DNA of 64,000 nucleotides, taken from Eledone cirrhosa (taxonomy: Eukaryota). The DNA lies in NCBI GenBank assembly GCA_964016885.1, contig OZ024740.1:30938001-31002000 (forward strand). The letters are read 5' to 3'. Every line of letters begins with the position of its first letter. Positions within the stretch are counted from its first letter, which is position 1. Both the position numbers and the translations under genes were made by a program. The notes under the pieces are model-generated. The model was not told the origin of the DNA, made no database searches, and worked only from the letters and a program-made list of their open reading frames with translations. This document shows positions 35,901 through 50,900 of this stretch, piece by piece.

Positions 35901-38900
35901 TATTGATATTAGGGTAAATATTGTATTGGTATTTAGGTAAATATTGTATTGGACCTAGGGTAAATATTGTATTGGTATTTAGGTAAATATTGTATTGGTA
36001 CTAGGGAAAATATTGTATTGGTATTTAGGTAAATATTGTATTGGTATTAGGGTAATATTGTATTGGTATTTAGGTAAATATTGTATTAGTACCAGGGTAA
36101 ATATTGTATTGATATTAGGGTAAATATTGTATTGGTATTAGGGTAAATGTTGTACTGGTATTATGGTAAATATTGTATTGGTACTATTGTAAATATTGTA
36201 TTGGTATTTGGGTAAATATTGTATTGGTACTAGGGTAAATATTGCATTGGTATTTGGGTAAATATGTATTGGTATTAGGGTAAATATTGTATTGGTACTA
36301 GGGTAAATATTGTATTGGTAATAGGGTAAATATTGTATTGGTATTTGGGTAAATATTGTATTGGTACTAGGGTAAATATTGTATTGGTATTAGGGTAAAT
36401 ATTGTATTGGTATTAGGGTAAATATTGTATTGGTATTTGGGTAAATATTGTATTGGTATTAGGGTAAATATTGTATTGATATTTGGGTAAATATTGTCTT
36501 GGTATATGGGTAAATATTGTATTGGTACCAGGGTAAATATTGTATTGGTACTAGGGTAAATATTGTATTGGTATTAGGGTAATATTGTATTGGTATTTGA
36601 GTAAATTTTGTATTGGTACTAGGGTAAATATTGTATTGGTTCTAGGGTAAATATTGTATTGGTATTTGGGTAAATATTGTATTGGTATTAGGGTAAATAT
36701 TGTATTGGTATTTGGGTAAATATTGTATTGGTACCAGGGTAAATATTGTATTGATATTAGGGTAAATATTGTATTGGCATTAGGGTAAATATTGTATTGA
36801 TATTTGGGTAAATATTGTCTTGGGATATGGGTAAATATTGTATTGGTACCAGGGTAAATATTGTATTGGTACTAGGGTAAATATTGTATTGGTATTCGGG
36901 TAATATTGTATTGGTATTTGAGTAAATATTGTATTGGTACTAGGGTAAATATTGTATTGGTTCTAGGGTAAATATTGTATTGGTATTTGGGTAAATATTG
37001 TATTGGTATTAGGGTAAATATTGTATTGGTATTTAGGTAAATATTGTATTGGTACCAGGGTAAATATTGTATTGATATTAGGGTAAATATTGTATTGGTA
37101 TTGGTAAATATTGTATTGGTATTAGGGTAAATATTGTATTGGTTATAGGGTAAATATTGTATTGGTATTTGGGTAAATATTGTCTTGGTATATGGGTAAA
37201 TATTGTCTTGGTTTATGGGTAAATATTGCATTGGTATTTGGGTAAATATGTATTGGTACTAGGGTAAATATTGTATTGGTATTAGGGTAATATTGTATTG
37301 GTATTTGAGTAAATATTGTATTGGTACTAGGGTAAATATTGTATTGGTTCTAGGGTAAATATTGTATTGGTATTTGGGTAAATATTGTATTGGTACTAGG
37401 GTAAATATTGTATTGGTATTTAGGTAAATATTGTATTGGTACTAGGGTAAATATAGTATTGATATTAGGGTAAATATTGTATTGGTATTTAGGTAAATAT
37501 TGTATTGGACCTAGGGTAAATATTTTATTGGTATTTAGGTAAATATTGTATTGGTACTAGGGAAAATATTGTATTGGTATTTAGGTAAATATTGTATTGG
37601 TATTAGGGTAATATTGTATTGGTATTTGAGTAAATATTGTATTGGTACCAGGGTAAATATTGTATTGGTACTAGGGTAAATATTGTATTGGTATTTAGGT
37701 AAATATTGTATTGGTATTAGGATAAATATTGTATTGGTATTAGGGTATATTATTGTATTGGTATTTGGGTAAATATTGTATTGGTAGTAGGGTAAATATT
37801 GTATTGGTACTAGGGTAAATATTGTATTGGTACTAGGGTTTATTATTGTATTGGTATTTAGGTAAATATTGTATTGGTATTTGAGTAAATATTGTATTGG
37901 TATTAGGGTATATTATTGTATTGGTATTTGGGTAAATATTCTATTGGTACTAGGGTAAATATTGTATTGGTATTTAGGGTAAATATTGTATTGGTATTAG
38001 GATAAATATTGTATTGGTATTAGGGTATATTATTGTATTGGTTATTGGGTAAATATTGTATTGGTAGTAGGGTAAATATTGTATTGGTACTAGGGTAAAT
38101 ATTGTATTGGTATTTAGGTAAATATTGTATTGGTACTAGGGTAAATATTGTATTGGTATTAGGGTAAATATTGTATTGGTATTTGGGTAAATATCGTAAT
38201 GGTACTAGGGTAAATATTGCATTGGTATTTGGGTAAATATTTTATTGGTACGAGGGTAAATATTGTATTGGTACTAGGGTAAATATTGTATTGGTATTAG
38301 GGTAAATATTGCATTGGTATTAGGGTAAATATTGTATTGGTATTAGGGTAAATATTGTATTGGTATTAGGGTAAATATTGTATTGGTATTTGGGTAAATA
38401 TTGTCTTGGTATATGGGTAAATATTGTATTGGTACTAGGGTAAATATTGCATTGGTATTTGGGTAAATATGTATTGGTATTAGGGTAAATATTGTATTGG
38501 ACTAGGGTAAATATTGTATTGGTACTAGGGTAAATATTGTATTGGCATTTGGGTAAATATTGTATTGGTACTAGGGTAAATATTGTATCGGTATTTGGGT
38601 AAATATTGTATTGGTACTAGGGTAAATATTGTATTGGTATTAGGGTAAATATTGTATTGGTACTAGGTTAAATATTGTATTGGTTCTAGGGTAAATATTG
38701 TATTGGTATTTGGGTAAATATTGTATTGGTACTAGGGTAAATATTGTATTGGTATTAGGGTAAATATTGTATTGGTATTTGGGTAAATATTGTCTTGGGA
38801 TATGGGTAAATATTGTATTGGTACCAGGGTAAATATTGTATTGGTACTAGGGTAAATATTGTATTGGTATTAGGGTAATATTGTATTGGTATTTGAGTAA

Positions 38901-41900
38901 ATATTGTATTGGTACTAGGGTAAATATTGTATTGGTTCTAGGGTAAATATTGTATTGGTATTTGGGTAAATATTGTATTGGTATTAGGGTAAATATTGTA
39001 TTGGTATTTGGGTAAATATTGTATTGGTACCAGGGTAAATATTGTATTGATATTAGGGTAAATATTGTATTGGCATTAGGGTAAATATTGTATTGATATT
39101 TGGGTAAATATTGTCTTGGGATATGGGTAAATATTGTATTGGTACCAGGGTAAATATTGTATTGGTACTAGGGTAAATATTGTATTTGTATTAGGGTAAT
39201 ATTGTTTTGGTATTTGACTAAATATTGTATTGGTACTAGGGTAAATATTGTCTTGGTATATGGGTAAATATTGTATTGGTACTAGGGTAAATATTGTATT
39301 GGTATTTGGGTAAATATTGTCTTGGTATATGGGTAAATATTGTATTGGTACTAGGGTCAATATTGCATTGGTATTTGGGTAAATATGTCTTGGTATTAGG
39401 GTAAATATTGTATTGGTATTTGGGTAAATATTGTATTGGTACTAGGGTAAATATTGTATTGGTATTTGGGTAAATATTGTATTGGTACTAGGGTAAATAT
39501 TGTATTGGTATTAGGGTAAATATTGTATTGGTATTAGGGTAAATATTGTATTGGTATTTGGGTAAATATTGTATTGGTATTAGGGTAAATATTGTATTGA
39601 TATTTGGGTAAATATTGTCTTGGTATATGGGTAAATATTGTATTGGTACCAGGGTAAATATTGTATTGGTACTAGGGTAAATATTGTATTGGTATTAGGG
39701 TAATATTGTATTGGTATTTGAGTAAATATTGTATTGGTACTAGGGTAAATATTTTATTGGTTCTGGGGTAAATATTGTATTGGTATTTTGGTAAATATTG
39801 TATTGGTACTAGGGTAAATATTGTATTGGTATTTAGGTAAATATTGTATTGGTACTAGGGTAAATATTGTATTGATATTAGGGTAAATATTGTATTGGTA
39901 GTTAGGTAAATATTGTATTGGTACTAGGCTAAATATTGTATTGGTATTTAGGTAAATATTGTATTGGTACTAGGGTAAATATTGTATTGGTACTAGGGTA
40001 AATATTGTATTGGTATTTGGGTAAATATTGTATTGGTACTAGGGTAAATATTGTATTGGTATTAGGGTAAATATTGTATTGGTATTAGGGTAAATATTGG
40101 ATTGGTATTTGGGTAAATATTGTATTGGTATTAGGGTAAATATTGTATTGATATTTGGGTAAATATTGTCTTGGTATATGGGTAAATATTGTATTGGTAC
40201 CAGGGTAAATATTGTATTGGTACTAGGGTAAATATTGTATTGGTATTAGCGTAATATTGTATTGGTATTTGAGTAAATATTGTATTGGTACTAGGGTAAA
40301 TATTTTATTGGTTCTAGGGTAAATATTGTATTGGTATTTGGCTAAATATTGTATTGGTACTAGGGTAAATATTGTATTGGTATTTAGGTAAATATTGTAT
40401 TGGTACTAGGGTAAATATTGTATTGATCCTAGGGTAAATATTGTATTGGTATTTAGGTAAATATTGTATTGGAACTAGGGTAAATATTGTATTGGTATTT
40501 AGTTAAATATTGTATTAGTACTAGGGTAAATATTGTATTGGTACTAGGGTAAATATTTTATTGATATTTGGGTAAATATTGTATTGGTACTAGGGTAAAT
40601 ATTGTATTGGTACTAGGGTAAATATTGTATTGGTACTTGGGTAAATATTGTATTGGAATTAGGGTAAATATTGTATTGGTATTTGGGTAAATATTGTATT
40701 GGTTATAGGGTAAATATTGCATTGGTATTTGGGTAAATATTGTATTGGTATTAGGGAAATATTGTATTGGTACTAGGGTAAATATTGTATTTGTACTAGG
40801 GTAAATATTGTATTGGTTTAGGGTAAATACTGTATTGGTATTAGGGTAAATATTGTATTGGTATTAGGGTAAATATTGTATTGGTATTTGGGTAAATATT
40901 GTATTGGTATTAGGGTAAATATTGTATTGGTATTTGGGTAAATATTGTATTGGTACCACGGTAAATATTGTATTGATATTAAGGTAAATATTGTATTGGC
41001 ATTAGGGTAAATATTGTATTGATATTTGGGTAAATATTGTCTTGGGATATGGGTAAATATTGTATTGGTACCAGGGTAAATATTGTATTGGTACTAGGGT
41101 AAATATTGTATTGGTATTCGGGTAATATTGTATTGGTATTTGAGTAAATATTGTATTGGTACTAGGGTAAATATTGTATTGGTTCTAGGGTAAATATTGT
41201 ATTGGTATTTGGGTAAATATTGTATTGGTATTAGGGTAAATATTGTATTGGTATTTAGGTAAATATTGTATTGGTACCAGGGTAAATATTGTATTGATAT
41301 TAGGGTAAATATTGTATTGGTATTGGTAAATATTGTATTGGTATTAGGGTAAATATTGTATTGGTTATAGGGTAAATATTGTATTGGTATTTGGGTAAAT
41401 ATTGTCTTGGTATATGGGTAAATATTGTCTTGGTTTATGGGTAAATATTGCATTGGTATTTGGGTAAATATGTATTGGTACTAGGGTAAATATTGTATTG
41501 GTATTAGGGTAATATTGTATTGGTATTTGAATAAATATTGTATTGGTACTAGGGTAAATATTGTATTGGTTCTAGGGTAAATATTATATTGGTATTTGGG
41601 TAAATATTGTATTGGTACTAGGGTAAATATTGTATTGGTATTTAGGTAAATATTGTATTGGTACTAGGGTAAATATAGTATTGATATTAGGGTAAATATT
41701 GTATTGGTATTTAGGTAAATATTGTATTGGACCTAGGGTAAATATTGTATTGGTATTTAGGTAAATATTGTATTGGTACTAGGGAAAATATTGTATTGGT
41801 ATTTAGGTAAATATTGTATTGGTATTAGGGTAATATTGTATTGGTATTTGAGTAAATATTGTATTGGTACCAGGGTAAATATTGTATTGGTACTAGGGTA

Positions 41901-44900
41901 AATATTGTATTGGTATTTAGGTAAATATTGTATTGGTATTAGGATAAATATTGTATTGGTATTAGGGTATATTATTGTATTGGTATTTGGGTAAATATTG
42001 TATTGGTAGTAGGGTAAATATTGTATTGGTACTAGGGTAAATATTGTATTGGTACTAGGGTATATTATTGTATTGGTATTTAGGTAAATATTGTATTGGT
42101 ATTTGAGTAAATATTGTATTGGTATTAGGGTATATTATTGTATTGGTATTTGGGTAAATATTCTATTGGTACTAGGGTAAATATTGTATTGGTATTTAGG
42201 GTAAATATTGTATTGGTATTAGGATAAATATTGTATTGGTATTAGGGTATATTATTGTATTGGTTATTGGGTAAATATTGTATTGGTAGTAGGGTAAATA
42301 TTGTATTGGTACTAGGGTAAATATTGTATTGGTATTTAGGTAAATATTGTATTGGTACTAGGGTAAATATTGTATTGGTATTTGGGTAAATATCGTAATG
42401 GTACTAGGGTAAATATTGCATTGGTATTTGGGTAAATATTTTATTGGTACTAGGGTAAATATTGTATTGGTACTAGGGTAAATATTGTATTGGTATTAGG
42501 GTAAATATTGCATTGGTATTAGGGTAAATATTGTATTGGTATTAGGGTAAATATTGTATTGGTATTAGGGTAAATATTGTATTGGTATTTGGGTAAATAT
42601 TGTCTTGGTATATGGGTAAATATTGTATTGGTACTAGGGTAAATATTGCATTGGTATTTGGGTAAATATGTATTGGTATTAGGGTAAATATTGTATTGGA
42701 CTAGGGTAAATATTGTATTGGTACTAGGGTAAATATTGTATTGGCATTTGGGTAAATATTGTATTGGTACTAGGGTAAATATTGTATCGGTATTTGGGTA
42801 AATATTGTATTGGTACTAGGGTAAATATTGTATTGGTATTAGGGTAAATATTGTATTGGTACTAGGTTAAATATTGTATTGGTTCTAGGGTAAATATTGT
42901 ATTGGTATTTGGGTAAATATTGTATTGGTACTAGGGTAAATATTGTATTGGTATTAGGGTAAATATTGTATTGGTATTTGGGTAAATATTGTCTTGGGAT
43001 ATGGGTAAATATTGTATTGGTACCAGGGTAAATATTGTATTGGTACTAGGGTAAATATTGTATTGGTATTAGGGTAATATTGTATTGGTATTTGAGTAAA
43101 TATTGTATTGGTACTAGGGTAAATATTGTATTGGTTCTAGGGTAAATATTGTATTGGTATTTGGGTAAATATTGTATTGGTATTAGGGTAAATATTGTAT
43201 TGGTATTTGGGTAAATATTGTATTGGTACCAGGGTAAATATTGTATTGATATTAGGGTAAATATTGTATTGGCATTAGGGTAAATATTGTATTGATATTT
43301 GGGTAAATATTGTCTTGGGATATGGGTAAATATTGTATTGGTACCAGGGTAAATATTGTATTGGTACTAGGGTAAATATTGTATTTGTATTAGGGTAATA
43401 TTGTTTTGGTATTTGAGTAAATATTGTATTGGTACTAGGGTAAATATTGTATTGGTTCTAGGGTAAATATTGTATTGGTATTAGGGTAAATATTGTATTG
43501 GTATTTAGGTAAATATTGTATTGGTACCAGGGTAAATATTGTATTGATATAAGGGTAAATATTGTATTGGTATTAGGGTAAATATTGTATTGGTATTAGG
43601 GTAAATATTGTATTGGTACTAGGGTAAATATTGTATTGGTATTTGGGTAAATATTGTCTTGGTATATGGGTAAATATTGTATTGGTACTAGGGTCAATAT
43701 TGCATTGGTATTTGGGTAAATATGTCTTGGTATTAGGGTAAATATTGTATTGGTATTTGGGTAAATATTGTATTGGTACTAGGGTAAATATTGTATTGGT
43801 ATTTGGGTAAATATTGTATTGGTACTAGGGTAAATATTGTATTGGTATTAGGGTAAATATTGTATTGGTATTAGGGTAAATATTGTATTGGTATTTGGGT
43901 AAATATTGTATTGGTATTAGGGTAAATATTGTATTGATATTTGGGTAAATATTGTCTTGGTATATGGGTAAATATTGTATTGGTACCAGGGTAAATATTG
44001 TATTGGTACTAGGGTAAATATTGTATTGGTATTAGGGTAATATTGTATTGGTATTTGAGTAAATATTGTATTGGTACTAGGGTAAATATTTTATTGGTTC
44101 TGGGGTAAATATTGTATTGGTATTTTGGTAAATATTGTATTGGTACTAGGGTAAATATTGTATTGGTATTTAGGTAAATATTGTATTGGTACTAGGGTAA
44201 ATATTGTATTGATATTAGGGTAAATATTGTATTGGTAGTTAGGTAAATATTGTATTGGTACTAGGGTAAATATTGTATTGGTATTTAGGTAAATATTGTA
44301 TTGGTACTAGGGTAAATATTGTATTGGTACTAGGGTAAATATTGTATTGGTATTTGGGTAAATATTGTATTGGTACTAGGGTAAATATTGTATTGGTATT
44401 AGGGTAAATATTGTATTGGTATTAGGGTAAATATTGGATTGGTATTTGGGTAAATATTGTATTGGTATTAGGGTAAATATTGTATTGATATTTGGGTAAA
44501 TATTGTCTTGGTATATGGGTAAATATTGTATTGGTACCAGGGTAAATATTGTATTGGTACTAGGGTAAATATTGTATTGGTATTAGCGTAATATTGTATT
44601 GGTATTTGAGTAAATATTGTATTGGTACTAGGGTAAATATTTTATTGGTTCTAGGGTAAATATTGTATTGGTATTTGGGTAAATATTGTATTGGTACTAG
44701 GGTAAATATTGTATTGGTATTTAGGTAAATATTGTATTGGTACTAGGGTAAATATTGTATTGATCCTAGGGTAAATATTGTATTGGTATTTAGGTAAATA
44801 TTGTATTGGAACTAGGGTAAATATTGTATTGGTATTTAGTTAAATATTGTATTAGTACTAGGGTAAATATTGTATTGGTACTAGGGTAAATATTTTATTG

Positions 44901-47900
44901 ATATTTGGGTAAATATTGTATTGGTACTAGGGTAAATATTGTATTGGTACTAGGGTAAATATTGTATTGGTACTTGGGTAAATATTGTATTGGAATTAGG
45001 GTAAATATTGTATTGGTATTTGGGTAAATATTGTATTGGTTATAGGGTAAATATTGCATTGGTATTTGGGTAAATATTGTATTGGTATTAGGGAAATATT
45101 GTATTGGTACTAGGGTAAATATTGTATTTGTACTAGGGTAAATATTGTATTGGTTTAGGGTAAATACTGTATTGGTATTAGGGTAAATATTGTATTGGTA
45201 TTAGGGTAAATATTGTATTGGTATTTGGGTAAATATTGTATTGGTATTAGGGTAAATATTGTATTGGTATTTGGGTAAATATTGTATTGGTACCAGGGTA
45301 AATATTGTATTGATATTAAGGTAAATATTGTATTGGCATTAGGGTAAATATTGTATTGATATTTGGGTAAATATTGTCTTGGGATATGGGTAAATATTGT
45401 ATTGGTACCAGGGTAAATATTGTATTGGTACTAGGGTAAATATTGTATTGGTATTCGGGTAATATTGTATTGGTATTTGAGTAAATATTGTATTGGTACT
45501 AGGGTAAATATTGTATTGGTTCTAGGGTAAATATTGTATTGGTATTTGGGTAAATATTGTATTGGTATTAGGGTAAATATTGTATTGGTATTTAGGTAAA
45601 TATTGTATTGGTACCAGGGTAAATATTGTATTGATATTAGGGTAAATATTGTATTGGTATTGGTAAATATTGTATTGGTATTAGGGTAAATATTGTATTG
45701 GTTATAGGGTAAATATTGTATTGGTATTTGGGTAAATATTGTCTTGGTATATGGGTAAATATTGTCTTGGTTTATGGGTAAATATTGCATTGGTATTTGG
45801 GTAAATATGTATTGGTACTAGGGTAAATATTGTATTGGTATTAGGGTAATATTGTATTGGTATTTGAATAAATATTGTATTGGTACTAGGGTAAATATTG
45901 TATTGGTTCTAGGGTAAATATTATATTGGTATTTGGGTAAATATTGTATTGGTACTAGGGTAAATATTGTATTGGTATTTAGGTAAATATTGTATTGGTA
46001 CTAGGGTAAATATAGTATTGATATTAGGGTAAATATTGTATTGGTATTTAGGTAAATATTGTATTGGACCTAGGGTAAATATTGTATTGGTATTTAGGTA
46101 AATATTGTATTGGTACTAGGGAAAATATTGTATTGGTATTTAGGTAAATATTGTATTGGTATTAGGGTAATATTGTATTGGTATTTGAGTAAATATTGTA
46201 TTGGTACCAGGGTAAATATTGTATTGGTACTAGGGTAAATATTGTATTGGTATTTAGGTAAATATTGTATTGGTATTAGGATAAATATTGTATTGGTATT
46301 AGGGTATATTATTGTATTGGTATTTGGGTAAATATTGTATTGGTAGTAGGGTAAATATTGTATTGGTACTAGGGTAAATATTGTATTGGTACTAGGGTAT
46401 ATTATTGTATTGGTATTTAGGTAAATATTGTATTGGTATTTGAGTAAATATTGTATTGGTATTAGGGTATATTATTGTATTGGTATTTGGGTAAATATTC
46501 TATTGGTACTAGGGTAAATATTGTATTGGTATTTAGGGTAAATATTGTATTGGTATTAGGATAAATATTGTATTGGTATTAGGGTATATTATTGTATTGG
46601 TTATTGGGTAAATATTGTATTGGTAGTAGGGTAAATATTGTATTGGTACTAGGGTAAATATTGTATTGGTATTTAGGTAAATATTGTATTGGTACTAGGG
46701 TAAATATTGTATTGGTATTTGGGTAAATATCGTAATGGTACTAGGGTAAATATTGCATTGGTATTTGGGTAAATATTTTATTGGTACTAGGGTAAATATT
46801 GTATTGGTACTAGGGTAAATATTGTATTGGTATTAGGGTAAATATTGCATTGGTATTAGGGTAAATATTGTATTGGTATTAGGGTAAATATTGTATTGGT
46901 ATTAGGGTAAATATTGTATTGGTATTTGGGTAAATATTGTCTTGGTATATGGGTAAATATTGTATTGGTACTAGGGTAAATATTGCATTGGTATTTGGGT
47001 AAATATGTATTGGTATTAGGGTAAATATTGTATTGGACTAGGGTAAATATTGTATTGGTACTAGGGTAAATATTGTATTGGCATTTGGGTAAATATTGTA
47101 TTGGTACTAGGGTAAATATTGTATCGGTATTTGGGTAAATATTGTATTGGTACTAGGGTAAATATTGTATTGGTATTAGGGTAAATATTGTATTGGTACT
47201 AGGTTAAATATTGTATTGGTTCTAGGGTAAATATTGTATTGGTATTTGGGTAAATATTGTATTGGTACTAGGGTAAATATTGTATTGGTATTAGGGTAAA
47301 TATTGTATTGGTATTTGGGTAAATATTGTCTTGGGATATGGGTAAATATTGTATTGGTACCAGGGTAAATATTGTATTGGTACTAGGGTAAATATTGTAT
47401 TGGTATTAGGGTAATATTGTATTGGTATTTGAGTAAATATTGTATTGGTACTAGGGTAAATATTGTATTGGTTCTAGGGTAAATATTGTATTGGTATTTG
47501 GGTAAATATTGTATTGGTATTAGGGTAAATATTGTATTGGTATTTGGGTAAATATTGTATTGGTACCAGGGTAAATATTGTATTGATATTAGGGTAAATA
47601 TTGTATTGGCATTAGGGTAAATATTGTATTGATATTTGGGTAAATATTGTCTTGGGATATGGGTAAATATTGTATTGGTACCAGGGTAAATATTGTATTG
47701 GTACTAGGGTAAATATTGTATTTGTATTAGGGTAATATTGTTTTGGTATTTGAGTAAATATTGTATTGGTACTAGGGTAAATATTGTATTGGTTCTAGGG
47801 TAAATATTGTATTGGTATTAGGGTAAATATTGTATTGGTATTTAGGTAAATATTGTATTGGTACCAGGGTAAATATTGTATTGATATAAGGGTAAATATT

Positions 47901-50900
47901 GTATTGGTATTAGGGTAAATATTGTATTGGTATTAGGGTAAATATTGTATTGGTACTAGGGTAAATATTGTATTGGTATTTGGGTAAATATTGTCTTGGT
48001 ATATGGGTAAATATTGTATTGGTACTAGGGTAAATATTGCATTGGTATTTGGGTAAATATGTCTTGGTATTAGGGTAAATATTGTATTGGTATTTGGGTA
48101 AATATTGTATTGGTACTAGGGTAAATATTGTATTGGTATTTGGGTAAATATTGTATTGGTACTAGGGTAAATATTGTATTGGTATTAGGGTAAATATTGT
48201 ATTGGTATTAGGGTAAATATTGTATTGGTATTTGGGTAAATATTGTATTGGTATTAGGGTAAATATTGTATTGATATTTGGGTAAATATTGTCTTGGTAT
48301 ATGGGTACATATTGTATTGGTACCAGGGTAAATATTGTATTGGTACTAGGGTAAATATTGTAATGGTATTAGGGTAATATTGTATTGGTATTTGAGTAAA
48401 TATTGTATTGGTACTAGGGTAAATATTTTATTGGTTCTGGGGTAAATATTGTATTGGTATTTGGGTAAATATTGTATTGGTACTAGGGTAAATATTGTAT
48501 TGGTATTTAGGTAAATATTGTATTGGTACTAGGGTAAATATTGTATTGATATTAGGGTAAATATTGTATTGGTAGTTAGGTAAATATTGTATTGGTACTA
48601 GGGTAAATATTGTATTGGTATTTAGGTAAATATTGTATTGGTACTAGGGTAAATATTGTATTGGTACTAGGGTAAATATTGTATTGGTATTTGGGTAAAT
48701 ATTGTATTGGTACTAGGGTAAATATTGTATTGGTATTAGGGTAAATATTTTATTGGTATTAGGGTAAATATTGGATTGGTATTTGGGTAAATATTGTATT
48801 GGTATTAGGGTAAATATTGTATTGATATTTGGGTAAATATTGTCTTGGTATATGGGTAAATATTGTATTGGTACCAGGGTAAATATTGTATTGGTACTAG
48901 GGTAAATATTGTATTGGTATTAGCGTAATATTGTATTGGTATTTGAGTAACTATTGTATTGGTACTAGGGTAATATTTTATTGGTTCTAGGGTAAATATT
49001 GTATTGGTATTTGGGTAAATATTGTATTGGTACTAGGGTAAATATTGTATTGGTATTAGGGTAAATATTGTATTGGTATTTGGGTAAATATTGTCTTGGT
49101 ATATGGGTAAATATTGTATTGGTACTAGGGTAAATATTGCATTGGTATTTGGGTAAATATGTATTGGTATTAGGGTAAATATTGTATTGGACTAGGGTAA
49201 ATATTGTATTGGTACTAGGGTAAATATTGTATTGGCATTTGGGTAAATATTGTATTGGTACTAGGGTAAATATTGTATCGGTATTTGGGTAAATATTGTA
49301 TTGGTACTAGGGTAAATATTGTATTGGTATTAGGGTAAATATTGTATTGGTACTAGGTTAAATATTGTATTGGTTCTAGGGTAAATATTGTATTGGTATT
49401 TGGGTAAATATTGTATTGGTACTAGGGTAAATATTGTATTGGTATTAGGGTAAATATTGTATTGGTATTTGGGTAAATATTGTCTTGGGATATGGGTAAA
49501 TATTGTATTGGTACCAGGGTAAATATTGTATTGGTACTAGGGTAAATATTGTATTGGTATTAGGGTAATATTGTATTGGTATTTGAGTAAATATTGTATT
49601 GGTACTAGGGTAAATATTGTATTGGTTCTAGGGTAAATATTGTATTGGTATTTGGGTAAATATTGTATTGGTATTAGGGTAAATATTGTATTGGTATTTG
49701 GGTAAATATTGTATTGGTACCAGGGTAAATATTGTATTGATATTAGGGTAAATATTGTATTGGCATTAGGGTAAATATTGTATTGATATTTGGGTAAATA
49801 TTGTCTTGGGATATGGGTAAATATTGTATTGGTACCAGGGTAAATATTGTATTGGTACTAGGGTAAATATTGTATTTGTATTAGGGTAATAGTGTTTTGG
49901 TATTTGAGTAAATATTGTATTGGTACTAGGGTAAATATTGTATTGGTTCTAGGGTAAATATTGTATTGGTATTAGGGTAAATATTGTATTGGTATTTAGG
50001 TAAATATTGTATTGGTACCAGGGTAAATATTGTATTGATATAAGGGTAAATATTGTATTGGTATTAGGGTAAATATTGTATTGGTATTAGGGTAAATATT
50101 GTATTGGTACTAGGGTAAATATTGTATTGGTATTTGGGTAAATATTGTCTTGGTATATGGGTAAATATTGTATTGGTACTAGGGTAAATATTGCATTGGT
50201 ATTTGGGTAAATATGTCTTGGTATTAGGGTAAATATTGTATTGGTATTTGGGTAAATATTGTATTGGTACTAGGGTAAATATTGTATTGGTATTTGGGTA
50301 AATATTGTATTGGTACTAGGGTAAATATTGTATTGGTATTAGGGTAAATATTGTATTGGTATTAGGGTAAATATTGTATTGGTATTTGGGTAAATATTGT
50401 ATTGGTATTAGGGTAAATATTGTATTGATATTTGGGTAAATATTGTCTTGGTATATGGGTACATATTGTATTGGTACCAGGGTAAATATTGTATTGGTAC
50501 TAGGGTAAATATTGTATTGGTATTAGGGTAATATTGTATTGGTATTTGAGTAAATATTGTATTGGTACTAGGGTAAATATTTTATTGGTTCTGGGGTAAA
50601 TATTGTATTGGTATTTGGGTAAATATTGTATTGGTACTAGGGTAAATATTGTATTGGTATTTAGGTAAATATTGTATTGGTACTAGGGTAAATATTGTAT
50701 TGATATTAGGGTAAATATTGTATTGGTAGTTAGGTAAATATTGTATTGGTACTAGGGTAAATATTGTATTGGTATTTAGGTAAATATTGTATTGGTACTA
50801 GTGTAAATATTGTATTGGTACTAGGGTAAATATTGTATTGGTATTTGGGTAAATATTGTATTGGTACTAGGGTAAATATTGTATTGGTATTAGGGTAAAT